Below are positions 40,546 through 51,543 of a DNA stretch of 64,000 nucleotides, in pieces. The stretch spans positions 63,614,001 through 63,678,000 of the forward strand of contig CM052816.1 in assembly GCA_028534125.1 (NCBI GenBank), given 5' to 3'. Below the pieces are notes generated by a model. The model was given only the letters and a program-made list of their open reading frames with translations, was not told where the DNA came from and did no database searches. This DNA is from Lama glama. Taxonomy: Eukaryota. Position numbers and translations under genes: made by a program. The stretch's first letter is position 1, and the number at the start of each line of letters is the position of its first letter.

Positions 40546-43409
40546 TCTGCCATGGGCTCTTCAAAAACCTTCAGAGGACTGGAACTGCTTTTACTTTTAG
40601 TGGCTGGACAGTGTCTCTCATAGGCGATACCTCTCTGAGACTGGGCCACAAAGGCCTTGGAATTAATTTGCCTTATACTGAAAAAAGGCAACTGTATATA
40701 ATAAAACTTCCTTAGGAGTTTCTAAAAAACAAAGTTGTTATTTTGCTAAGTACTATAAGAGCTTTTGAAATTTTTTATCTGCTTGCTCTCTCTTTTTCCC
40801 TTTAGTGAGAAAATATTCACAAATGCAATTACTCCCATGACTTATTCAGAGGAAGTTTTAAATTTGGTTTTATTTCCTTTACTTCCTTGATATTCACTTT
40901 ATTAGGTATCTTAAGATGGAGAAAAGGTTATAAATTCCCTTCAGTGTCATTAAAAAGAAGCCTGCCTAGAATGACATAAATGTGATGGTCATTCATGATT
41001 CCTTCGAGCTTTATGACTCTTCCAGAAAAGAAAAAGTCTATTCTGCAAAGCCATAGGAGAAACAAACCTGGTCTAACGTGATTTCTTAGCAAGTGTATTT
41101 CAGTAGAGGACAAAAGATTATAGAAGCACATAAAGTTTTTTTTTTGAAAATAGGATAAATTAGGAAACAACTTTAGGTCTTTCTGCAATTTTCTCAACAA
41201 AGGCAACTATATTTTAAGAGAGATCATCTGATTATTTGTGTCTCAACAACATTTCAACAGTTTCAACAGGTGGTACACACCATTAACAACAACTAAAAAC
41301 CCAGTTGCCATCAATGAGAGCAAGAGAAGGCAGGATTCAATACTTCAGTATGCAATTACATTTTCTGCATAATTAGTCATAAATTGAGCATCCAAACATA
41401 GATGCATGCGTAATTAATTATGACTTATTTAAAAGCACTCAGGTTGTGACACTTTGTTCTTCATTTCCTGCAAATCAAATTACTGAAGTTTTCATTTCAT
41501 TTCAAAATAATTATCCTTGCTTTATTTTTTTTTAAATTTCAGCTGAGATATAGGGTTGATTACAGCCTAAATAACTGATGCAGTAAGGTAAATACCAGTG
41601 AAGGAAGGCTGGGGAGGGATGATAATTGAAGGCATAAGATTGCAGAGGGTTAGAACTTGTTCTGAAGCTGAAACGTGGAAGCTGAGGATGGGGCTGGCAG
41701 GGCTAATGAAGGGAAGATTTTCACTGTGGTTTTGATTGGGTTATTATGGCCAAGAAAACACACAAGAAGAGGAAAAAAGCCTAATGATTAAATGATTAAA
41801 AATCTGGGGATGAAGCTAACGTTGCCATCTTTTAAAACATGTTCATCTGAAATATTCTGTCAACTAATGAATGTTTTATTTTTAGCAGATTTAGACTGTG
41901 TGGATTCCAGTTTGTGTCTCTTTCCTAACAGGGTCCGTTGATCTTTGGAGGAAAGTTGCGATATATTGCCTGGACATGTGTTTTGGCCACATTACTGCCT
42001 TTTCTAAATGTTATGTGATGACCCCTAGATAACTACGTCTACCAAAAGGGCTTTTAACAATTGGCAAGTGCCTCTTCTGGCATGGTCAGTCATGAAGCTG
42101 AGTGATTTATATCTACTAGGCTTCTCTGTATATAGACCCCAGGCCAATACTTCTTAATCTTTCACATTAAGTATCCCTCATAGTATGGACATCAAATTTA
42201 CATCTCTGGACGTCTGGGGCCATATTCTAACCTCACCTCCTCAGAAAATAGGAAAATTCTTACTTTTTAATGTTAGAAATTCATGTGAATTTTAAAATTC
42301 TACAACGTACCTATGTCTGTTTTAACATTAAAAGACTTTTAAATCACAAACTGTAGGAAAACATGAAAATGTCTTCTACCTAACTTAGTGGTTAATGAGT
42401 GAGATCTTTTCCAAAGAGTCTCTCCACAGGGGAGAACCCTGATGAGTGATGGAGATCCAGCACAGCACATCAGTTTGGGTGTCCAGGAAGTTTCCTTCCT
42501 CTTAGTATTTCAGATCCAATCTCATAAATATCCGGACAGTTATATCTGCAGACTTTTCAGAGTTTTATAAGCTATGCTGATGCTCTGAGATAGGGTTCAG
42601 GGCACTTTCATGCCACTGTTGGTGACATCTCACTAATTACAACTTCTCACTGAGAGCTGCTGTGATGTGGCTAGCCAAAGTCATCTGACCCGTTTTTACC
42701 ACCTCGCTGAACCCAGTAAGATCAAGGGGCGGATGCTTTGGGGTGAGGCATTCTTGGTGAATAGTATACTGTTATAGTCAGATTGCATAATGGTTTTGAT
42801 GTACCTCACTGCTCCCATGACACTGTTGGTCACAGATGCAATTTGCACATGTCCTTGTACGGCTGCCTCCCCATCCCTCCCCACACCCTGCTGTCAATAG
42901 TAGTTTCAGTTTTTTAAAAAGTCATATTATCTACTTAGAAAAACAACTACACGACAAAATCCTTTATCTCTACGCTTCCTTTGAAAGTAAAAAGAACTGG
43001 GTTAACTTCAGTTACTCAGTTATCTACATGTGTGTTCCTATCATATTAAAGTTGTGTAAAACGACGGACTTGGAACAGGGCAACGCACCCATCTCCACTT
43101 TAGTTAAGAGACTTCCCAGATGATTCTCTTCCATTCTGTTTCCCCCTAGGTCGGGGAAAAGACTTCCCTTCTCATCCTCAAACACACCCTTGGGGTTCAA
43201 GTCACCCACCTTCAGTTCTGGAGGATTAGCAATGCCCAGGACTCTCCTGTGATTATCCTCAGCTACTGGGGTCAGCTCACCTTTACGACCCTTCTGTCCA
43301 TGGCAAAGCCCATGAACAATTCCCGACAAATAAAAATAGAATCTGGGTAATAAAATGAAGTCTTACTTTTTAAAGTATCCTTTATGCTTGGTCTCCTTTC
43401 ATTTGCTCA

Positions 43410-43720
43410 CAGAGGGCCGAGTGTCGGGGCCGAGTGTCGAGGCCTCGCCCTGGGCAGTTCTGACTGGAGCTCCTAGTGAGAAACAGCTGCGCGCGCCCGC
43501 CAGGCCGCTCAGCTTGGGGCTGCGCTGAGCGCGACCCTCAGTCAAGATGGCGGAGGCGGGCCGTGTGCACAGACGCGGCGCCGGGCACCGCGCCCTGGCG
43601 CCTGAGCGGCGCAGCCGTGCCGGCTCCGCCGGCTCTTCCCCTCTGCCCTCCCCGCGGCAAGACCCACGTAAAGGAGCCCGGCCCACAGCCTGTCCGGGAG
43701 AGTGTGGACTCCGGAGCCTG
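43410..43720. promoter_or_regulatory. CpG island / promoter-like element, copy 1
   Basis: Dense CpG in a CpG-depleted background. YY1 motif CAAGATGGCGG at 43543-43553, GC-box-like GAGGCGGG, and NRF1-like TGCGCGCGC at ~43488. Confidence 0.8.
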
Positions 43721-44372
43721 AGTTCCAACCTCTCCTTCCATCAAAGAAAGAAGTTTTCCTTTGCTTTAGAACTGAACTTGGTCTCACTTTATTGACTCCA
43801 ACGACACTGGGCAGGAGGACCTTTGCTGCGAACCAACTTGGGAGAATCGGTAACACTTCCATCCTCTCCCTTATCCTCTAGACAGAATGCCCTTTTTGTT
43901 TTTCCCACTTTGAATGCTCCTGGGTGTCCTCCCTCTTTTCCAACTTAAATTCTCCTCCCAGGAGAAGAATTTCCTTTACTACCCCTTCTCCCTCTAGCCT
44001 TTAGTTGGAGGGACTTTATGCATAGACTGCTTTTAGTCCTATTCTCAAGCTAGCATCTTCTTTGAATTTTGTTTCTCCTTCCGTTTTGGCTAGAAGAAGG
44101 AAAAACCAGCCTTGAGTATCATTGGGAAACCAGGGAAGAACAGAATCTAAACGCAGATTAAGATTTCAAGGTGTAATCCTGCCACAGTACAGATTTACCT
44201 CAAATTTCTCCTGTTAATTTTTATTTTTTAGTAAATTTTTATTCTTTTTTGGTGGGGGGTAATTAGGTTTATTTATTTTTATATATTTATTTTCTTTACT
44301 TTTAATTTTAAGGTGACTTTGAAACTAACTTTGACGGAAGTCTTAAGTAAATCTTCCTTTGAAAATGCTGAC

Positions 44373-44539
44373 GGTGGGGAAGGTATAGTTCGAGTGGTAG
44401 AGTGCGTGCTCAGCATGCACAAGGTCCTGGGTTCAATCCCCAGTACCTCCTCTAAAAATAAATAAGTAAAGCTAGTTACCACCCCCCAAAATTAAAAAAT
44501 AATAATAGTAAAAAATAAAATAAAAATTAAAAAAAAAAA
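44373..44539 (+). mobile_element. camelid tRNA-derived SINE (Vic-1-type)
   Basis: A box (tatagttcgagtggtagag), B box (gggttcaatccc) and AT-rich tail. 12-bp TSD gaaaatgctrac at 44361-44372 and 44540-44551. An antisense tail fragment of the same family lies at ~44210-44290. Confidence 0.9.
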
Positions 44540-44578
44540 GAAAATGCTAACCATGATCTCACCTTTATCTGTTCACCC

Positions 44579-45504
44579 TTTTTTTTTTGACATTTTTTTA
44601 TTGATTTATAATCATTTTACAATGTTGTGCCAAATTCCAGTGTTCAGCACAATTTTTCAGTCATTCATGGACATATACACACTCATTGTCACATTTTTTT
44701 CTCTGTGATTTATCATAACATTTTGTGTATATTTCCCTGTGCTATACAGTGTAATCTTGTTTATCTATTCTACAATTTTGAAATCCCAGTCTATCCCTTC
44801 CCACCCNNNNNNNNNNNNNNNNNNNNNNNNNNNNNNNNNNNNNNNNNNNNNNNNNNNNNNNNNNNNNNNNNNNNNNNNNNNNNNNNNNNNNNNNNNNNNN
44901 NNNNNNNNNNNNNNNNNNNNNNNNNNNNNNNNNNNNNNNNNNNNNNNNNNNNNNNNNNNNNNNNNNNNNNNNNNNNNNNNNNNNNNNNNNNNNNNNNNNN
45001 NNNNNNNNNNNNNNNNNNNNNNNNNNNNNNNNNNNNNNNNNNNNNNNNNNNNNNNNNNNNNNNNNNNNNNNNNNNNNNNNNNNNNNNNNNNNNNNNNNNN
45101 NNNNNNNNNNNNNNNNNNNNNNNNNNNNNNNNNNNNNNNNNNNNNNNNNNNNNNNNNNNNNNNNNNNNNNNNNNNNNNNNNNNNNNNNNNNNNNNNNNNN
45201 NNNNNNNNNNNNNNNNNNNNNNNNNNNNNNNNNNNNNNNNNNNNNNNNNNNNNNNNNNNNNNNNNNNNNNNNNNNNNNNNNNNNNNNNNNNNNNNNNNNN
45301 NNNNNNGTCCCTGGGATGAACCCCACTTGGTCATGATGTATAATCTTTTTTATGTGTTGTTGGATTCTATTTGCTAAAATTTTGGTGAGGATTTTGGCAT
45401 CTATGTTCATCAGTGATATTGGCCTATAATTCTCTTTTTTTGTAGTGTCTTTGCCTGGTTTTGGTATCAGGGTGATGGTGGCTTCATAGAATGAGTTTGG
45501 GAGT
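44579..45504 (-). mobile_element. young 5'-truncated LINE-1
   Basis: Poly-T plus 3'UTR at 44579-44806. RT-region peptide [39 protein letters not shown] at 45307-45504. caccctttt on both flanks (probable TSD). Confidence 0.95.
44807..45306. other. assembly gap (500 N)
   Basis: Run of N. Confidence 1.
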
Positions 45505-45599
45505 ACACCCTTTTCTTTATCTGTAGCCTTTCTCAATATTCCTAGGACTTGGCTGAACATAGTTTGGAAACCTCTAGAGAAAGTCTTTAGTGGTCCTTG

Positions 45600-46860
45600 G
45601 AGCTCTGAAAAAATGGTTGGTGACTCTTTCTTTTGGATAGGAAGGACACTGCTCTTTCTTGCCCTCGATCAGTTTTTTGGAGAATAGTTATTTGGTCATT
45701 CCTTTTGCTACAGTGCACCAGTTTCCCAGTGCTTGGTGTGAAAATATAGGCCTCCTCTCTTTTCTGAATTGGAGGTCACGTATTGGCCAGGGTTTTTTTA
45801 AAATTGCTAATGGGAGGACAATTTCACAGGAGGAGAATGACAGGGAGGAAGGCTTCTGAGTTAGTCAGCCAAAGAGCACTGGTGTGGGAACTGCTCTCCA
45901 GCCTTGTGTGTGGATGCAGTTCAGTGGTGGGCTTTTGCATTGCAAAGTCAGGACCTTGGATGTCTGGATCTAGACAAGGGCAAGACCGCATCAAGGTTTT
46001 TCTCTAATAATAAGAGCCCTTCACACCCTGTTGATTCAAATCAAAGGGATCCACATCCGTTTTCACATCTCACTGATTATTTTGTATAAGGTGCTGCATG
46101 TTCATTTAGGCTCAAAATTGCATCCATATATTTTCAGCTTTCCATGATCTCTTTTGCTTCATTTGCTCTTCTGAAATATTTCCAATTATCTGGGTGCTCA
46201 ATTGTTCGTGAAGTGGTCGCTAAGTTTATGTCGAAAAGACATTTTTCGAAAAAAAGATTTATCATCATCATCATCATCATCATCATCATGTTATATGCTG
46301 ATTTCAGAAAGACCTGACTGTTTACACTCATTGAGATATTTAATGATTTTCCTCTTTCCAAACTGCAATAATCTCTCTTTCAAATCTTTTAGCAATTTTT
46401 CTTTTGTGGTTGACGAGGTCTTAGCTGATGAGTTGCACCAAGAGAGTATTGTATCAGATCAGCCCATACCTGGAGAGCTTGACTGAAGCAATTAGATGCA
46501 GGGACACCTAGCTAAGCCTTTAGTTCATAGACCAAGGTGTGGTAAGTATCCTTTGGGGATGGTGGCATCAATCAGAAATGAAGCTGCCATTCCAGGCTGA
46601 GGGTCTAGGGGTATCTCTTTCAGCCTCTACTTACAGTCTTCTGACAGCCTGCATTTCTTTACATAGTAAACAGAGCTGCCTGAAAAGAACTCATACTCTC
46701 TCACTGTCTTAGAGAAAACTATGGTCAGATTCACCCTAGTTGATAGGTAGGATCCATGGTATTTCATTATTTGTCAGGTCAATTGATGCTGGACACAAGG
46801 GGAGGATCCGAGTGATAGCACTGACTTCAGAATATATAGCAAGCTTGGATCCTGCAGTGG
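45600..46860 (-). mobile_element. possible very ancient LINE ORF2 C-terminal relic (L4/RTE-X-like)
   Basis: Broken protein-like frames on - (LAIYSEV, KLSRYGL, KEKLLKDLKERLL, TIEHPDNWKYFRRA, LLL*NCPP) in the order expected for a post-RT LINE region. The resemblance is weak. Confidence 0.3.
46261..46289. repeat. (ATC)9 trinucleotide microsatellite
   Basis: Visible run. Confidence 0.95.
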
Positions 46861-46861
46861 T

Positions 46862-47215
46862 CAGGGTCACTGCTAGCGCAGAGTGCCTTTGGGCAAATTA
46901 CAAAAAAGCTACTCCTTTGTGCAAATGAATTACAAAAAAAACACCCCTTCTTTAGGGTGGATGCAGCCCATCCCTGACCCTTTTCTTTTCTTTTTTTTTT
47001 TTTTTTGGTAAATAAAACAGTTAAACTTTATTTAATACCAGATGTTTCCCAAGTTTCTTTTTTGCATAATGCACAGAAACTTTTGGGACAATGTATGGTT
47101 TAAAAACATTCCACCAACAATTTGTTAAGAGTTTGATTTGATCCTCCTCAGACTCTATCCACCAGGTACTTTCTGCAGTGTACAATGCACACCCTGGAGG
47201 GTGTGCCACAAGATA
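46862..47215 (-). mobile_element. MER91-like hAT MITE split by a polyadenylated insert
   Basis: Minus-strand end tttgcccaaaggcactctgcgctagcagtgaccctg, and 5' part tgtgcattgtacactgcag, resemble MER91. Confidence 0.55.
46981..47135 (-). pseudogene. short retroposed mRNA 3'-end fragment (parent unidentified)
   Basis: AATAAA on - (47027-47032) 20 nt upstream of an A-rich tail (46981-47006). The sequence does not resemble the L1 or SINE tails in this window. No clear TSD. Confidence 0.5.
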
Positions 47216-48499
47216 CCACAAACAGGAGGCCAGAGGCCAGATAGGTTGAAAGGAGTGGAGAAGGGAGTAGTAACAGATTCCTCCCGATAATAGTACTGGG
47301 GGATGAGAGGGTGGGAGGGGGTTGAATTTGGGATGGTGTTGTGAACCATGATAGTAGCAACGAATGTTTTCCTCCTTTTACAAAACTTGCTTGGAATGCG
47401 AATTTTGGAACCTGAAACAAGACATTCATTCCTTGGTGCCTCTGCTGTCCACATCTGTCCTCTTAACATTCCCTAGGCCTAAAGGGTCATGGCTATTGAA
47501 TACAATCACATCCTTTATATATTAGACACTATTTATGCTTTAAAAAATAGATTCCTGCAAATAAAATTCAAAGCAAGATTTGTAAAATTTCTCTCTATTT
47601 TTTTACCTGTAGAACTCCATTTCTTGATTTTCTTCTTTTTCAGTTCTCCCGACTCTTTATACCCAACTCAGGTCGTACCATCTGCTAAATCTCCCTCTGA
47701 TCACTCCAATTCCACAGTAGACTTTGCTGAATGTCCATTATGCTCTGATCTATACCATACACGTACTGTCCTTATATTGTTTTATGTGTTTAAATGTTTT
47801 CCTTCCACAAAGTTATCAGTTTCCTGAGGGCAAGGACTGCATGAATTGTGGTTACATCTCCTATGTGTCTTGCAAGTAGGAAGTACTCATTAAAGCTTTA
47901 AGCTCCTCGTTTGACCAGGGCTGGAATGGAAAACCCCAATACACAATTTTCAATTACCTGTGATAAACTGAGAAAGTGATATATTATAGAAAATAAAACC
48001 AACACACAACACTAAAAATCTTGCAGTCAGTTGTTTCCACTTGTAACATTGTGAAGCCCTCACTCAGAGCTTCTGATGTGCTGCTAACCTGACCTGCTGG
48101 TGTATCAGCTTAGCTCCTTTGCCAGAAGTCTAACTGGAATGCTAATGAATAGTAAAAGAATGGAAAGAAGATGGAAGGACGGTGAAGGAAGAGACATCAG
48201 AGGCCTGGATAATTCATCAAGCAGGGAGCGACCAAGTGACAAAGCTGATCTGCTTATGAATGTTTCAGAATTTATATAGTAAAACGGTGGTTGTGTAGAA
48301 ATTTAGGGGATAGATCATTCTGGGCAGCTAGGCTTGCTGCACGGTTGGGGACTAGCCTTTTCATTATGAAAACCTGTTTATTTTAATCATTTGGGGTATA
48401 AATATTTTTGTAAGTGTGTTATAGACTTTAGTAGACATTTTAGAGTGACTGATTAACTTGCAAACAATTCCTCTTCTTTGGAAGTTACTAGTTATCTAT

Positions 48500-49045
48500 T
48501 AATGTTACTAGTTACGTCTGCATAATAAATTATTCCAAAATGTCAAGGCTTAAAACAACTAACATTTATCATCTCACAGTTGCATCGAGGTATGACTTAG
48601 CTGGGTATCTGTGGCTTAAGGTCTCATCTGAAGGTGTGAGAGATCCACTGCCAAGCTCAGTTATGTGGTTTTTGGCAGATCTTGGTCCCTTGTCACAAGG
48701 GCCTTTGCATGGCACTGGCTCAGGACAAGGCATCAGGCATACCCAGAGCAAGTGATTTAAGAGATCACATGTGCCTAAGATGGAAGCCAAAGTCTTTTTA
48801 AAAATCTGATCTTGGAAGTGATAGCTTACCACTATTTTCTATTTTATTCTTTTTTTTTTTGTGGGGAGGCAATTAGGTTTATTTATTTACTTATTTATTT
48901 AATGGAGGCACTGGGAATTGAACCACAACCTTGCGCATACTAAGCACTCTACCACTGAGCTATACCCTCCCCACTTACTTTATTCTTTAACAGTGAGTCA
49001 GTCAAGAGCAAGGGATCACACAATGGTGTGAATACCAGCAGTCTG
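48500..49045 (-). mobile_element. MaLR LTR (MLT1-family) with a nested SINE
   Basis: ctgcataataaattattccaaaatgtcaaggcttaaaacaactaacatttatcatctcacagtt. Confidence 0.7.
48850..48973 (-). mobile_element. Vic-1-type SINE
   Basis: Antisense of the 44373 element (gggaattgaacc...ctctaccactgagctataccctcccc). Flanking ta(t/c)tttattcttt repeats. Confidence 0.85.
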
Positions 49046-50109
49046 CCAAACACAGGCCCTTGGTAGCCACATTTATTTTGCTTGCCTGTCGGCTAGTTGA
49101 TTGGAACAGGGGGTGGAGAAAAATCATCTCTTCCTGGAATTTGAGGGAAACCAAGGGAGAGCTAGCCAGTCTTTGCATATGTCTAGTCCTGAAATATAAA
49201 ACTTTTGGAGATGGGAGTGTCTATCTTGCAACCTCCCTGTTGCCTGGGGAGAGGAGGAACGACTCTACTCAGATTATAAAGTAGATGTGCATAGAGAAGC
49301 AGTGATAAGATGGGAGTAGAGAGTGTTCTCTGGCTTCCCATCTGCTCTTCTGCCTTTGGGTTTCATGAAATATCTCTGCAGCCTTTTAATAGCCATTTCC
49401 CCTGACTCCTCCATGAGAGTCTCAACTTAGTCATGTTGGTTCAGATACCTGCACACAGAGAATCCTTCTTTACCATCTTAAATGTAATATAATAAAAAGA
49501 AAATTTTACTTGCTACAAATATTAATTTCAGTAATACGTAGTGAATGCCTACTCTGTGCAAAGCAGTGTCCCAGACAATGGGAAACAGTGGTGAACAAGT
49601 TGGGTAAGATCCCTGCCCTGATGTATCTTATTATCTAGCCCAATCATGTTTATAATCTGATGGATTAGAACCTTAAGATTTACTAAGACATGTGAAGCTG
49701 TTTATTTACCTCTGCATCAGATAATTCCATTGTTCTTGCTGCTTTTTAGATTTGATTTCTATATTTTATGTTTTCCTTGTTGGCTTCAGTTTTGTTTGTT
49801 TGTTTGTTTTGTTCTTGTGCAGGAGGGGTATATTTCATTGTGGACCTAGATATGAGGCATTCAACATTGTTAGAATTGTGTGTAAGGTAAGAGTAAGTAG
49901 TTTGGAGAGTTGTCTACATACCTTCATTTATCTGTTTTGGGGCTCAGTAGCCTTTCTTGCCTGCTTCCTTGTTTTTATCCGTGTCCTAGATAAGTGAGAT
50001 TTCTGGAGACATTCCAATGCCTTTAAAGAAGTCATAATGAGAGGTTATGCACTTATTTCAGTGACCTGTCAAATCTTGAAACACTTTGAAGGTATATAAT
50101 CACTTTGAT

Positions 50110-50557
50110 AGTATCACACCTAATTAACAGGAAATTGAATTCCTGTTCAGCAAATATTCACTCTCTTCCCTCTCTCCCCTGGTGGTGAAGTATACGTCCC
50201 TACTTCACTGATTTTTGGTCTGGCCATGCAATTTGCTTTGGTCAATGAAATCTGGGTGGCTGTATTACAAGCAAAGGCTTTACATTTGCATGTGAGATTT
50301 GGCTTAGCCTCTTGCATTTTTGTGATTGTGCAGAGAAGAGCATGCCCCAGACAGTCCCTGCCTCTTCAGCCTGGACCCCAGATTGAAACATGTGGAGCAG
50401 ATGCAAACCTAACCTGAACCCTGGAGCTGAGTGCCTTAACCCTCTGCCTGAAACAGAGCCACACCAGCTATCTTCAACCCTGGAGTGAGAAAAGAACATG
50501 CTTGCTGCCGTAAACCATTGCTACACAACATTATTGCAGTAATGGCTGTCTACTATA
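50110..50557 (+). mobile_element. MaLR LTR (MLT1H/J-like)
   Basis: ggccatgcaatttgctttggtcaatgaaat...cttcagcctggaccccag...acaacattattgcagtaatggctgtctactata. Confidence 0.65.
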
Positions 50558-50592
50558 CTTATTAAGTTGAGAGGGGCAAAATAATAGAGTAT

Positions 50593-51038
50593 TGCAGTAG
50601 ACAGAACAGCCCCCAAGGAAGCCCATGTCCCAATCCTGGAACCTGTGAATATGTTACCCTACATGTTAAAGGGACTTTGCACATATGATTAAGTTAAGGA
50701 TCTTGAGATGGGGAGATGATCCTGGATTATTCTGGTGAGTCCAATGTAATCTCCAGGGGTCCTTATAAGAGGCAGGTGGGAGAGTTAGAGTTAGAGAAGG
50801 AGATGTAACAACAGAAGCAGGGGTCAGAGTGATGAAGCCGTGAGGCAAGGAATGAGGGCAGGCTCTAGAAGCTGTGCAAGGAGAGCTTTCAGATGGCAAC
50901 ATCATTGATGACACTTGGTTTTAGTTCTATAAGCTCTATTCAGACTTCTGACTCTAAAGTGGTAAGGTAATAAGTCTGTATTGGTTTAGGCCACTAAGTT
51001 GTAGTAATTTCTTACAGCAGCAACAGGAAACTAATACA
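50593..51038 (+). mobile_element. MLT1D-like solo LTR
   Basis: cctggaacctgtgaatatgttaccctacatg...ggatcttgagatggggagatgatcctggattat...cagcagcaacaggaaactaataca. Confidence 0.85.
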
Positions 51039-51477
51039 AATGTGTAAAGATTAAATGGATAATTACTATTTCTCTTCCTGTTAAAGGAAAATATTTATAT
51101 TTAGAATAATACACAATGAAATCATCCTAATATTGTATTCAGAAAGTATCCTTTCCAAAGTTGGTCACCTCAGTGTATTTCCATTAAGTTTTCATTTAAT
51201 AATTGAGGAATCCAGATGGTGGCATTATTTTCTAAGCAGACTGTGATAATCTCACAGGAGAATAAACATGTAATACACAATAAATGCTTTAAAATATGAA
51301 TTAACTGCATATGGGTGAGGGCAGGGTAAAGTCTGTCCAAATTACTACTAAAAAATATAAAGTGTTTCATAAGAAATGCAGATTTACTACTTTTAAGTAA
51401 CACAAGTAACTAAAATTACGTTAATGAAGAGCTAGTAGGGGTTCCAAGCTCTTGATGCTTTAAAAATATACCTACTA

Positions 51478-51479
51478 TA

Positions 51480-51514
<35 letters not shown>

Positions 51515-51543
51515 AATATATATAAAGAAAAAAATATATATAT
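51478..51543. repeat. (TA)n microsatellite
   Basis: Visible run. Confidence 0.9.

Noticed and set aside
42600..42870. Extension of the inverted duplication to 42600-42870 versus 63700-64000 (both faintly RT-like, similar offset)
   Set aside because: Only short matches such as tttgggg and attc. Not distinguishable from chance by eye; it needs a sensitive alignment.
43543..43569. L1 5'UTR start (L1 promoters also begin with a YY1 site)
   Set aside because: No L1 5'UTR or ORF1 sequence follows in either copy, and homology between the copies continues ~240 bp upstream of the motif.
43547..43795. Paralogous ORFs starting MAEAGRV (43547 on +, ~62841 on -) as a duplicated microprotein gene
   Set aside because: Over the first 22 codons, 6 of the 7 differing codons are non-synonymous and the frames diverge afterwards. 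The ATG is simply part of the YY1 motif.
44373..44450. tRNA gene
   Set aside because: It has an AT-rich tail, a TSD and a second copy at 48850-48973, so it is a tRNA-derived SINE.
46134..46486. Poly-Met / poly-Ser ORFs, and a vague resemblance to the INTS6/CT45 C-terminal domain
   Set aside because: The homopolymers come from the (ATC)9 microsatellite, and the resemblance does not hold residue by residue.
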